From Hadesarchaea archaeon (GTDB taxonomy: Archaea > Hadarchaeota > Hadarchaeia > Hadarchaeales > Hadarchaeaceae): a stretch of DNA of 64,000 nt. Of this stretch, positions 8,579 to 16,872 are shown piece after piece. The notes below the pieces were generated by a model. That model was not told the origin of the DNA. It saw only the letters and a list, made by a program, of their open reading frames with translations, and made no database searches. The position numbers and the translations under genes were made by a program. The stretch is from contig JAUWBN010000004.1 in assembly GCA_030601675.1 (NCBI GenBank), positions 2,113 through 66,112 of the forward strand, read 5' to 3'. Numbering within the stretch: position 1 is the first letter of the stretch; each line of letters begins with the position of its first letter.

Positions 8579-9438
8579 GCCAAGTCGATGGGATGCGGCT
8601 CACGGTCTTAGTCGACGATTCCAAGAACCCAATCAGACCTGAACTCACCGCCAAGCATGGGCTCTCCTTTTTCATCGAGCTGAAAGCTGGTAGACACACA
8701 ACTAATTTGCTGATGGATACCGGACCGTCCGCAGATGTCGTCTTACAAAATGCTCAGAAGCTCGATGTCGATTTGAGAAAGGTTGATTCGATTGTGCTGA
8801 GCCACGGACACTACGACCATACCGGTGGGCTCTTGGGCATCCTAAAGCACATCGGCAAAAAAGTGCCTGTGATAGCCCATCCGGGGGCCCTTGAGGCAAA
8901 ATTCGCGGCGAAGAAGAAGCGTCTCAAAAAAGCTGGCATTCCTTTTCGGGTTTCAGAGTTGGAGAAATCAAGCGGTATCTTAACTCTAAAACGGGGGCCG
9001 ACTTCTAAAGCACCTGGGATTTGGGTGAGCGGGGAAATCAAAAGAGCCAGTCCATTTGAAAAGGTTAAGGGATTCAAAACCATGAGGAGGGGCAAGCTCG
9101 TCGATGATTACATGCCGGATGATCAGGCGCTTTTCGTGAAGGTCAAGGGAAAAGGGCTTGTGGTCGTCACGGGTTGCGCTCACGCGGGGTTGATAAACAC
9201 GATTGAGCAGGCAAAAAAGGTAACGGGTTCGAGCGGCGTGTATGCGGTCGTTGGTGGGTTTCACCTAGCTGGAGCAAGTGCGGGAAGGATAAGTGCAACC
9301 ATCGAGGAGCTCCAGAAAGCTGGCGTGAAAGTAGTCATGCCATGTCACTGCACGGGAAAGAAGGCAATCACAAAGTTCTCGAAGGTCTTTGGAAAAAAGT
9401 GCAACCAGCTTAGAACAGGTAATGTAGTTACATTCTAA
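8575..9438 (+). CDS. MBL-fold metallo-hydrolase (COG1237 / MJ0301-like)
   Basis: 287 aa. LTVLVDD…GLSFFIE…LMDTGPS, metal motif LSHGHYDHTGGL, later GCAHAG and GGFHL. 4-nt overlap with the upstream gene. Confidence 0.8.
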   Translation: MSQVDGMRLTVLVDDSKNPIRPELTAKHGLSFFIELKAGRHTTNLLMDTGPSADVVLQNAQKLDVDLRKVDSIVLSHGHYDHTGGLLGILKHIGKKVPVIAHPGALEAKFAAKKKRLKKAGIPFRVSELEKSSGILTLKRGPTSKAPGIWVSGEIKRASPFEKVKGFKTMRRGKLVDDYMPDDQALFVKVKGKGLVVVTGCAHAGLINTIEQAKKVTGSSGVYAVVGGFHLAGASAGRISATIEELQKAGVKVVMPCHCTGKKAITKFSKVFGKKCNQLRTGNVVTF

Positions 9439-9459
9439 TCACCAAAAAGCTTTTATAGA

Positions 9460-9480
9460 ATTATGTGCAATAGCACAAAT
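9460..9480 (+). promoter_or_regulatory. Copy 2 of recurrent ATGTGCAAT box (palindromic TGTGC-AATA-GCACA), directly after TATA-like TTTTATAGA (9451-9459)
   Basis: ATTATGTGCAATAGCACAAAT, 15 nt upstream of ATG 9495. A GAGGTGG Shine-Dalgarno-like element lies between. Confidence 0.5.
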
Positions 9481-9494
9481 AGAGGTGGTAACAA

Positions 9495-9791
9495 ATGTGG
9501 GGGCCAGGTTTCGGCGGGGGTAGAGGCCGAGGCTGGGGCCGAGGTTGGTTTGGGCTTTGGCCGGGCAGAGGGCCTTTCAGCTATTTGCCGCCATGGCAGA
9601 GACCCAGGCGGATGTTTGGCTTCGGAAGAGGATTCGGCTGGGGGGTCAGATGGTTGGGCAATCCTTACGTCTGCGCCCGCTTCCCATGGCTTCCGAGGTG
9701 GTGGTGGGCTTACCCAGACGTCTACGGATCCCCTGGCTACGGATACCCCTACGCGGCGTATCCGCAGTACTCTTACCCGGGATACAGGTAA
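9495..9791 (+). CDS. RG/Trp/Tyr/Pro-rich low-complexity protein with GNPYVCARFPWLPRWWW motif (DUF5320-related N-terminal type)
   Basis: The frame was chosen because the motif is shared with ORF 18107. There are 4 differences over 51 nt, all synonymous third-position changes in this frame. SD-like GAGGTGG lies upstream. Confidence 0.7.
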   Translation: MWGPGFGGGRGRGWGRGWFGLWPGRGPFSYLPPWQRPRRMFGFGRGFGWGVRWLGNPYVCARFPWLPRWWWAYPDVYGSPGYGYPYAAYPQYSYPGYR

Positions 9792-9814
9792 ACAAACAAA
9801 AGGAGGTCAAAAGC

Positions 9815-10138
9815 ATGTGGTGGCCTAGAGGTCGGAGATGTTGGTGGTGGTACATGAATCCATACATGATGTATCCACCGTACCCGCCATACGTGCAAGC
9901 GCCACAGCAACCTTCGCAACCTGCGCAGCAACCCGCACAACAACCCCCAGCGGCACCTTACTACCCGCTCCCGCCGTTCATACCTCCTCCACCGACGCCC
10001 GAGCAAGAGATTGAATCGCTGGAGGCATACAAAGCTGAGATCGAAGAGGAGCTCAAAGGGATCGAGGCGAGGATAAAAGAGCTGAGGGAGTCCTTGGCCA
10101 AAGAATCCGGCGGTCAACCACCCGAAACCGGAAAGTGA
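9815..10138 (+). CDS. DUF5320-like protein (Trp/Pro/Gln-rich N-terminus, C-terminal coiled coil)
   Basis: ATG 9815 preceded by AGGAGG (9801-9806). MWWPRGRRCWWWYMNPYMMYPPYPPY…PEQEIESLEAYKAEIEEELKGIEARIKELRESL resembles the DUF5320 C-terminal coiled coil. Confidence 0.65.
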   Translation: MWWPRGRRCWWWYMNPYMMYPPYPPYVQAPQQPSQPAQQPAQQPPAAPYYPLPPFIPPPPTPEQEIESLEAYKAEIEEELKGIEARIKELRESLAKESGGQPPETGK

Positions 10139-10142
10139 TGAT

Positions 10143-10472
10143 TTGAAGCTCAAAGTGGCCGTTGCTACGAAGGGGCCCAAAGGTCTGAGGGACGAGGTAT
10201 CCTATGAATTCGGCAGGGCTCGAACTTTTACAGTTATCGACCTCGAAGGCGATCAGGTCAAAAACGTGAAAGTTGTGGATAATCCAGCAGCCTCGTATGA
10301 ATACGGGGCAGGCCCGATAGTCGTAAAGATGCTCGCTGACATGAAAATCGAAGTCGTGGTTGCGGGTGAATTCGGTCCAGGAGCTTCGGTGCTCCTCCGG
10401 GATAAAAATATTCGCGCGGCCAAGGTTAAAGCGGGGACAAACGTCAGTCGAGCTGTAAGTATAATTAGGTAG
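10143..10472 (+). CDS. NifX/NifB-C-terminal-like (dinitrogenase FeMo-cofactor biosynthesis domain, COG1433) protein
   Basis: 109 aa, TTG start. KVAVATKG…EFGRARTFTVIDLEGD…VKVVDNP…GAGPIVVKMLADMKIEVVVAGEFGPGA is the typical pattern of this small alpha/beta domain. Confidence 0.8.
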   Translation: MKLKVAVATKGPKGLRDEVSYEFGRARTFTVIDLEGDQVKNVKVVDNPAASYEYGAGPIVVKMLADMKIEVVVAGEFGPGASVLLRDKNIRAAKVKAGTNVSRAVSIIR

Positions 10473-10497
10473 GGTTGAGAGTAATTCGAGGTAACCC

Positions 10498-11385
10498 ATG
10501 AAAGTAGCAATACCTTCCAACACGCCAGGCGGACCAGATGCCGGAATATCTCCCCATTTTGGCAGATGTGATGTATTCACGGTAGTTGAAATTAAAAACG
10601 GCAAAATAGTGGGTGGGAGCACCATAGATAACCAAGGGGCGCATTTCGGTTTTGGGGCGACACCAGCAGAAATCTTGGCATCGAGCGGCATAGACGTGGT
10701 AGTGGCACAGGGCATGGGCCCCAAGGCTCTAGAGCTCTTGGGACAGAGTGGCATCAAAACATACTTTACCTCAGTCCAAACGGTCGGGGAGGCCGTGCGT
10801 GAGCTGATTGAGAGCAAGGCCAAGCTGGCCACCCCCGAGGAAGCCTGCAAAGAATCCAAGACAGCAACTGGACCACCCCAGACCCCTGTTATGCCTCCCT
10901 TTGGCCCCGGGATGGGCCGTGGAATGGGAAGAGGGATGGGCAGGGGGATGGAGCCCTATCCCTACGGACCCGCTTACCCACCGACGGCCCCTCCAATGCC
11001 GCATCCTCCACAACAAATGCCGAAGCCTTCTCCCCCACCGACAGGCCGCTTCAAGGTAGGTGTCGCAAGCCAAGGGCAAGGGGGACTCGACGACATGGTA
11101 TCGCCGATCTTTGGCAGGTCCCCAAGCTTTACCATCGTAGAAATAGAAGGGAAAGACATCAAAAACGTGAAAGTGGTGCCGAACCAATTCGTTTCTGCGC
11201 CTCGCGGTGTGGGAATCGCTGTGGTCCAGATGCTGGCAAGCGAAGGGGTGAAATTTATTTTGGCCGGACGATTTGGCCCTTGGGCATCCTCAACCTCTAG
11301 CCAATTTGATATACAAATGGTCATGGTTCCGCCTGGCGTGAAGATAAGGGACGCTATTAACCAGTACCTCATCGGTTCACGCTAG
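10498..11385 (+). CDS. Tandem NifX-like domain protein with Pro/Gly/RGM-repeat linker
   Basis: Two COG1433-like domains (MKVAIPSN…HFGRCDVFTVVEI…VVAQGMGPKA and FKVGVASQG…IFGRSPSFTIVEIEG…LAGRFGPWA). They are joined by the linker GPGMGRGMGRGMGRGMEPYPYGPAYPPTAPPMPHPPQQMP (about nt 10858-11046). Confidence 0.8.
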   Translation: MKVAIPSNTPGGPDAGISPHFGRCDVFTVVEIKNGKIVGGSTIDNQGAHFGFGATPAEILASSGIDVVVAQGMGPKALELLGQSGIKTYFTSVQTVGEAVRELIESKAKLATPEEACKESKTATGPPQTPVMPPFGPGMGRGMGRGMGRGMEPYPYGPAYPPTAPPMPHPPQQMPKPSPPPTGRFKVGVASQGQGGLDDMVSPIFGRSPSFTIVEIEGKDIKNVKVVPNQFVSAPRGVGIAVVQMLASEGVKFILAGRFGPWASSTSSQFDIQMVMVPPGVKIRDAINQYLIGSR

Positions 11386-11386
11386 G

Positions 11387-12292
11387 GTGCAGCGATTGAA
11401 GGAAATTGTGGTCGCTAGCGGGAAAGGTGGAGTCGGTAAAACCACGGTCGCTGCATCGCTCGCAGTTTTTTTGACCAAAGCTGGGACAAAAATCGTTGCG
11501 GCTGACGCAGATGTTGACGCACCAGATCTCTTGTTGGCACTGGGTGGCGGAAAGACAATTTCCTCAACCGAGATCGAAGCTTCAGAAAAAGCGGTGATCG
11601 ACGAGTCGAAATGCACAGGGTGTGGCAATTGCGTCAGTGCATGCCTGTTTGGCGCAATCGTGATGCAAAATCATCTACCAACCGTTATGCGACTCATGTG
11701 TGATGGCTGCGGTGTGTGCAAGGTTGTCTGTCCCGTCAATGCAGTTGAGGTGAAAAAAGCAGTGACGGGCACACTGAAAATCGAGGATACTAAGTACGGA
11801 TTCCCGTCGGTGACTGGGTACCTGAGGCTTGGCGAACATAATTCGGGACACCTTGTAGCGAGCGTAAAAAAATCCGGGCGGGAGACGGCTGAGGGCTTGG
11901 GGGCAAAGGCGCTCGTGGTCGACGCAGCACCGGGCATAGGTTGTCCAGTGATCGCTTCGATTTCGGGGGCCAGCTATGTCATTGCCGTTACCGAGCCGAC
12001 TCCTGCCGCCAAGCGGGATCTGGAACGCTTGGTCAAAGTAATAAAGCACTTCGGGGTCCCGGTGGGAGTGGTGATAAACAAGGCGAACCTTTCGGACGAC
12101 TTCAGGGTCACGCTTGAGGACTGGATAAAACATGAGCTAGGCTATCAGATTTTAGGCGAGATCCCCATCGACTACGAAGTTGTTAAAGCTTTGGTGAACA
12201 TGGCGCCGGTCACCGAGTTTAATCCAAATGCTGAAGCATCGAAGATCTTGACCGCGATAGCCAAACGCGTGAAGGATGAGGTCTCACCATGA
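11387..12292 (+). CDS. MinD/ParA-family P-loop ATPase with inserted 2x[4Fe-4S] ferredoxin domain (COG1149 type)
   Basis: GTG start. Deviant Walker A SGKGGVGKTTVAASLA. CTGCGNCVSACLFGAI and CDGCGVCKVVCPVNAV cluster motifs. DAAPGIGCPV Walker-B region. Confidence 0.85.
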   Translation: MQRLKEIVVASGKGGVGKTTVAASLAVFLTKAGTKIVAADADVDAPDLLLALGGGKTISSTEIEASEKAVIDESKCTGCGNCVSACLFGAIVMQNHLPTVMRLMCDGCGVCKVVCPVNAVEVKKAVTGTLKIEDTKYGFPSVTGYLRLGEHNSGHLVASVKKSGRETAEGLGAKALVVDAAPGIGCPVIASISGASYVIAVTEPTPAAKRDLERLVKVIKHFGVPVGVVINKANLSDDFRVTLEDWIKHELGYQILGEIPIDYEVVKALVNMAPVTEFNPNAEASKILTAIAKRVKDEVSP

Positions 12293-13242
12293 AATCTGGT
12301 GGGGAGGCATCAGCGAAATTACTCAGGAGAAAGCGCGTGGGCGTGCCCGTGATAGCAGTAACTGGTGGGAAGGGCGGCACGGGCAAAACCACGGTTGCGG
12401 TGAATTTAGCCGTGGGTCTGAGCATGAAAGGTTCCAAGGTCATGTTGGTTGACGCAGATGTTGATTGCCCTTGTTGCGCGATGTTGTTTGGAGCAGAACT
12501 GAGTAATGGCGAGGAGGTTAAAACATTCAAGCCTGTGATCGATGCTGCAAAATGCACTGGATGCGGAAAGTGTGTGGCGGTTTGTCATGACCACGCATTG
12601 GTGGGTCTTGAGGGGCAAGTCCCGTCACTTTTCGAAGAACTCTGCTCTGGGTGCAAAGCATGCCAGCTCGTCTGTGAAGTTGACGCCATAAAGAGTGGTC
12701 AGAAAGTTCTCGGTACCATCTACATCACAGATTCAAATGGGATTAAACTGGTGGTGGGCGAACTCAAACCGACCGAGCCGAGATCACCAATCGTGGCGCG
12801 CGCGACCATGCTCAGAGCCGCTGAGGAGCTTCGGAAGGACAAATACGACATCGTGATCGTGGACACTGCTCCGGGAATTCATAACGTGGTGGCTCAAGCC
12901 CTTTGGGAAGCCGACCTAGCGCTGGCTGTGACCGAGCCGACCCCGCTCGGAGCTCACGATCTGGGTTTCATGTTAGAGCTCACCGAGGAACTGGGGCTGC
13001 CGGCCGAGGTCATCCTGAACAAGGCGGATATCCCAGGCGGTTTGAAGGATGAAGTGGTGAAGACGAGTCGTGATCGGGGAGTTAAAATCGTTGCGGAGAT
13101 ACCGATGGACGAAGAGCTGTTGCGCTCCTACGTTTCGGGTGAGCCGCTTGTGAGAAAATCCCCTAAGAGTCCCTCTGCAGTTGCACTATTAGCTCTGGTC
13201 CCGCACATTCGTGAAATGTTTGTAAAAGGAGGTGAAACCTGA
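12289..13242 (+). CDS. MinD/ParA-family P-loop ATPase with inserted ferredoxin domain (second paralogue)
   Basis: TGGKGGTGKTTVAVNLA. CTGCGKCVAVCHDHAL and CSGCKACQLVCEVDAI. VDTAPGIHNVV. 4-nt overlap with the upstream paralogue. Confidence 0.85.
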   Translation: MKSGGEASAKLLRRKRVGVPVIAVTGGKGGTGKTTVAVNLAVGLSMKGSKVMLVDADVDCPCCAMLFGAELSNGEEVKTFKPVIDAAKCTGCGKCVAVCHDHALVGLEGQVPSLFEELCSGCKACQLVCEVDAIKSGQKVLGTIYITDSNGIKLVVGELKPTEPRSPIVARATMLRAAEELRKDKYDIVIVDTAPGIHNVVAQALWEADLALAVTEPTPLGAHDLGFMLELTEELGLPAEVILNKADIPGGLKDEVVKTSRDRGVKIVAEIPMDEELLRSYVSGEPLVRKSPKSPSAVALLALVPHIREMFVKGGET

Positions 13243-13481
13243 TGGCGCAACCACCCACCCCACCACCGCTGCCAACCAAAAAATTTCAATGTTTTGCATG
13301 TGGGAACATCATAGAGGTGCCTCGGGGCATGCCTAAGCCAGCGGCATGTCCTAGATGCGGTGCTCCGCTCGTGGCGATTCATCGTGTGGACAAGGGGCCG
13401 CCAGGTGGAAGAGGCGCGGGAAGGCGCGGTGCTGGTGGCCCTGGCGGAGGGCGCGGCAGGGGGCCACGTTGGTCTCAGTAG
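13242..13481 (+). CDS. Small C4 zinc-ribbon protein with Gly/Arg-rich tail
   Basis: 79 aa. ATG overlaps the upstream TGA by 1 nt and is preceded by GGAGGTGA. CFACG…x…CPRCG ribbon, then GGRGAGRRGAGGPGGGRGRGPRW. Confidence 0.55.
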   Translation: MAQPPTPPPLPTKKFQCFACGNIIEVPRGMPKPAACPRCGAPLVAIHRVDKGPPGGRGAGRRGAGGPGGGRGRGPRWSQ

Positions 13482-13582
13482 GCTTAGCCTCATTGAGATT
13501 TGAGATGCTGAGTTGATCTGGGTTAATCTAGAGGAAAAAATCAGGTGAAAATTAAAAACAGAACTTAGAGGAGGAAAGCTGA

Positions 13583-14308
13583 ATGAACGATCTTTTGTTA
13601 ATACTGTTCTTGATTTTTGTCGGGCAGACCCTAGGATCATTGATAGGTCTCATCAAAAAACCAGGCAAAGTTGCCTTATACGGTTCTTTATCTTTTGCTG
13701 CAAGCATGATGATTGTCATATCCTTTGTTCAGCTGATACCCGAAGGCTTAAAATATACGTCTTTATTTTTGATAGCAATCTCGTTTTTCGTTGGGATAGT
13801 AATAATGCGGATAGTGGATCGTTTATTACCCCACATCAATCCTGAATTAATTAAAAAAGAAAAGCCCTCTGTTAAGAGAAGCGTCACCATGTTGGTCATC
13901 GGCATAGCTTTGCACAATATTCCAGAAGGTTTGGCAATCGGGGCCGGTTTTGCAATAACTGCGGAATTGGGAATCGTTATTGCGTTAGCTATTGCAATCC
14001 AGGATCTTCCGGAAAACATTGCAACAATTGTTCCATTATACGGTTTGATCAAGAAAAAAGCAAAGTCATTTATCATCCTTATTGCCACGGTACTGTTCGA
14101 GGTGGCTGGATTTATCATAGGATATTTAGTCTTGGGAGGAGCATCGTTGAGCTGGCTGGGGGCTTCACTGGCGCTTGCAGCGGGGTTCATGGTTTACATC
14201 TCTGTCGAGGAATTGATACCTTCAGCACAGGTAAAGAAGTATCCCAAAATGGCGGCAGCGGCCATGGTTTTAGGTGTGATGTGTGTTCTATTAACAAGTT
14301 TGATATGA
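13583..14308 (+). CDS. ZIP-family (ZupT-like) divalent metal transporter
   Basis: 241 aa, polytopic. HNIPEGLAIG and QDLPENIA signature helices. GGAGGA SD upstream. Visibly AT-richer than the flanks. Confidence 0.85.
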   Translation: MNDLLLILFLIFVGQTLGSLIGLIKKPGKVALYGSLSFAASMMIVISFVQLIPEGLKYTSLFLIAISFFVGIVIMRIVDRLLPHINPELIKKEKPSVKRSVTMLVIGIALHNIPEGLAIGAGFAITAELGIVIALAIAIQDLPENIATIVPLYGLIKKKAKSFIILIATVLFEVAGFIIGYLVLGGASLSWLGASLALAAGFMVYISVEELIPSAQVKKYPKMAAAAMVLGVMCVLLTSLI

Positions 14309-14363
14309 TTAAATCGGTAAAAGAGAGATTAGATAGAAGTCTAGGATAATTCGGTGAATAAAA

Positions 14364-15203
14364 ATGAAGACCTATTTAGATTGCATCCCGTGCTTCGTGA
14401 GGCAGGCTTTGGAAGCGAGCAAGATGGCTACGGGGAACAAAATTAAACAGGAAAAAGCATTAAAGGCGGTTTTATCGGAGCTGGAGAAGACTTCATTAAA
14501 AAATAAGATACCGCCGCAGATCGCTCGCAAGGTTCATAGCATAGTCAGGGAGGTGACAAAAAACAATGACCCTTACAAGAAAGTGAAAGATAGATACAAC
14601 AGAAAAGCTCTAAAAATGTATCCAAGTCTTAAACGAAAGGTCGCCAAGTCTAAAGATAGATTGTTAACGGCAACGAAGCTCGCCATAGCTGGAAATATCA
14701 TCGACTTCGGCCCCGGTTCGAAATTCGATCTCGAGAAAACTGTAGAAGATGTTTTAATTCAGGATTTCGCGATAAATCATTTTAACCAGTTTAGAAAAGC
14801 GTTGAACAGTTCTAAAAAAATTTTATATCTGGGAGACAATGCCGGTGAAGTTGGTTTTGACCGCATTCTCCTAGAAGAATTGAAGGATAAAGAGATCACA
14901 TTTGTCGTCAAGGGAGGGCCCATCATTAATGATGCAACGGTTGAGGATGCGAGGTTTGTAGGGATAGACAAAATTGCGAAGATTGAAGTGGTTAGCAACG
15001 GTGATCCCGGCACGGGACCAGCTAGATGGTCGAAGGAGTTTATCAACAAACTGAAAGACGCGGATCTCGTGATCAGCAAGGGGCAAGGCAACTACGAGGC
15101 CTTAAGTGAAGTGGATGCAGATATCTTCTTCTTACTCAAGGTGAAGTGCCCATTGATTGCTAGGGACATAGGTGCCAAGGTCGGCGGTACCGTAATAAAA
15201 TGA
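14364..15203 (+). CDS. DUF89 (ARMT1-like damage-control phosphatase) family protein
   Basis: 279 aa. N-terminal CIPCFVRQALEA, later IAGNIIDFG, LGDNAGEVGFD and KGQGNYEAL motifs typical of DUF89. Confidence 0.8.
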   Translation: MKTYLDCIPCFVRQALEASKMATGNKIKQEKALKAVLSELEKTSLKNKIPPQIARKVHSIVREVTKNNDPYKKVKDRYNRKALKMYPSLKRKVAKSKDRLLTATKLAIAGNIIDFGPGSKFDLEKTVEDVLIQDFAINHFNQFRKALNSSKKILYLGDNAGEVGFDRILLEELKDKEITFVVKGGPIINDATVEDARFVGIDKIAKIEVVSNGDPGTGPARWSKEFINKLKDADLVISKGQGNYEALSEVDADIFFLLKVKCPLIARDIGAKVGGTVIK

Positions 15204-15228
15204 TGCTTTAGCTCACTAGGCGATCGGG

Positions 15229-16404
15229 ATGTTAGGAGTCAAGGCCGAAGCCATCACCGCGGAAGAAATGGCCAAGGTAGATCAAAAAGCAGCGGAATTC
15301 GGGATTCCCAGCATCCTGCTTATGGAAAACGCCGGGGGGGTCGTCGCAAGGATCATAACAGAAAAATTCGGTACCAAATTGAAGGTGGCAGTTTTTGTTG
15401 GCACGGGCAACAATGGCGGGGATGGGCTCGTCGCTATCAGACACTTGATGAGTAAAAGGGCCAAAGTAGATGTCTTCTTGATCGGAGATCCGGGGGATAT
15501 CCGTACTGAAGAAGCGCGCCTGAACTGGAATGTGATACAAAAAATGAGGCAAAATGTCAAGATCCATGTGGTTAAAAGCATCTCCGACCTTAAGGGGGCA
15601 GCGCGCTACCTAAAGCGTGCAGATGTGATTATCGATGCTATGCTTGGGACTGGCCTAAAGGGTCCGCTCAGGGAGCCTTTCGCTTCCGCGGCGCGCTTGG
15701 TGAACGTGTCGAAGCCCCCCGTAGTTTCAATAGACTCGCCCACCGGGTTGGATCCATCGACTGGCGAGGTACACGGGGTCGCGGTCAAGGCAACTTATAC
15801 TGTGACTTTTCACAGGATGAAAATGGGATTTCTCAAGGCGAAGGGGTACGTGGGCGAGGTCATAGTAGCTGATATCGGGATCCCTCAGGAAGTCGAGGCT
15901 GCAGCCATCGGCAAGCGCCGGCGTTTACAGTGGAGAGTTGGGAAGGCACCGAAAGAAACCCCGAAGTTAGTGAGCGCGTGTCTTTTGGGAATTAACTGTA
16001 GGTATGACGGTCAAAACAACCTTAACGAGAAAGTGATGCGGCTGGTCGAAAAAGAGGTGCTGATCCCCGTCTGTCCAGAGCAGCTTGGCGGGCTCGGAAC
16101 GCCAAGGGAGCCCATGGGGGTAATCGGAGGAGGGGGTTCGGAGGTTTTAGACGGGAAGGCGAGGGTTATAAACAGGAGCAATAAGGACGTGACGGAGAAC
16201 TTGGCGAGAGGCGCGGAGGAAACTTTGAAGATCGCGAGGTCGTCAGGCGCGAGGGAAGCGATCTTTAAGGCGAGAAGTCCCTCCTGCGGGTGCGGAAAAA
16301 TTCACGATGGGACGACTCCCAACAAACTCATCGAGGGGGACGGGGTCACGGCTGCATTGTTGAAGAGGAACGGCATCCACGTAATCACGGAGGATGGCCT
16401 TTGA
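15229..16404 (+). CDS. NAD(P)H-hydrate epimerase (YjeF N-terminal domain) fused to a DUF523 (TudS-like) domain
   Basis: N-terminal half LMENAG…FVGTGNNGGDGLVAIRHL…IIDAMLGTGL (YjeF_N). C-terminal half from about aa 247 VSACLLGINCRYDGQNN…PVCPEQLGGLGTPREP…RSPSCG (DUF523 pattern). Confidence 0.8.
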   Translation: MLGVKAEAITAEEMAKVDQKAAEFGIPSILLMENAGGVVARIITEKFGTKLKVAVFVGTGNNGGDGLVAIRHLMSKRAKVDVFLIGDPGDIRTEEARLNWNVIQKMRQNVKIHVVKSISDLKGAARYLKRADVIIDAMLGTGLKGPLREPFASAARLVNVSKPPVVSIDSPTGLDPSTGEVHGVAVKATYTVTFHRMKMGFLKAKGYVGEVIVADIGIPQEVEAAAIGKRRRLQWRVGKAPKETPKLVSACLLGINCRYDGQNNLNEKVMRLVEKEVLIPVCPEQLGGLGTPREPMGVIGGGGSEVLDGKARVINRSNKDVTENLARGAEETLKIARSSGAREAIFKARSPSCGCGKIHDGTTPNKLIEGDGVTAALLKRNGIHVITEDGL

Positions 16405-16872
16405 TTACACCTTGCCCTCAAGCCAGCCAATTTTAACGTTATTTTTCTGGTCAAACTTTGGAACATATGGTTTGATGTCCAAGAGAGGGGTGCCGTCGAG
16501 CATGTCGATACCCCTCACCTTCAAGATATTTCCTTCGCGTTCCAACAGCTCCACGATAGTGAGCCCTATTTGATTCGGCCTGTTCGGGGATCTCGTGGCG
16601 AAAAGTCCGCGCGGGGCATCGTCTAAATAAGGTTTTACCAGAAGCCCAAACGAATTCAGGTAATGTTCTTTTTTTATCGAGCGCTTGACAGACTTGTGAA
16701 ACATGTACAAAATTATGAGGTGGGAGAAACCCTCGACATCCTTCAGCCCCTCCTCGTACTCCTTAAAAACTTCGATTTCACCGATTTCCTTCGATTTGTA
16801 TGCTTGGTGGGGCGCTTCTCCGTCCTTTTTGTATGGCGTGTGGATTATCCCTATGGGTTTTAATTCCCTCAT
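16405..16872 (-). CDS. TsaA/TrmO-like (YaeB, UPF0066) tRNA methyltransferase family protein
   Basis: Core MRELKPIGIIHTPY…FSHLIILYMFH…FATRSPNRPNQIGLTIVELLEREGNILKVRGIDMLDGTPLLDIKPY. The internal ATG 16872 was chosen, giving an ATGA overlap with the upstream MBL gene. The track ORF extends to 16956. Confidence 0.8.
   Translation of the reverse strand: MRELKPIGIIHTPYKKDGEAPHQAYKSKEIGEIEVFKEYEEGLKDVEGFSHLIILYMFHKSVKRSIKKEHYLNSFGLLVKPYLDDAPRGLFATRSPNRPNQIGLTIVELLEREGNILKVRGIDMLDGTPLLDIKPYVPKFDQKNNVKIGWLEGKV

Noticed and set aside
9463-9828. Alternative frames at the first DUF5320-like locus (track ORF 9463-9828 and the 5' part of 9545-10138), and the equivalents at 18132-18543
   Set aside because: Comparison of the two paralogous loci shows that only third-codon-position differences occur in the 9495/18107 frame. 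The other frames would carry non-synonymous changes and have no start context.
10053-10859. 268-aa minus-strand ORF across the NifX-like genes
   Set aside because: It is antisense to two ORFs with clear COG1433-type patterns and SD-preceded starts. It has no motif of its own.
10900-10950. Short tandem nucleotide repeats (GGGATGGGCCGTGGAATGGGAAGAGGGATGGGCAGG; also AGAGGATTTGGT x2.5 at about 18126-18160) considered as possible CRISPR or satellite repeats
   Set aside because: They lie inside coding frames and encode the GMGR/GRGF peptide repeats. No repeat-spacer architecture exists anywhere in the window.
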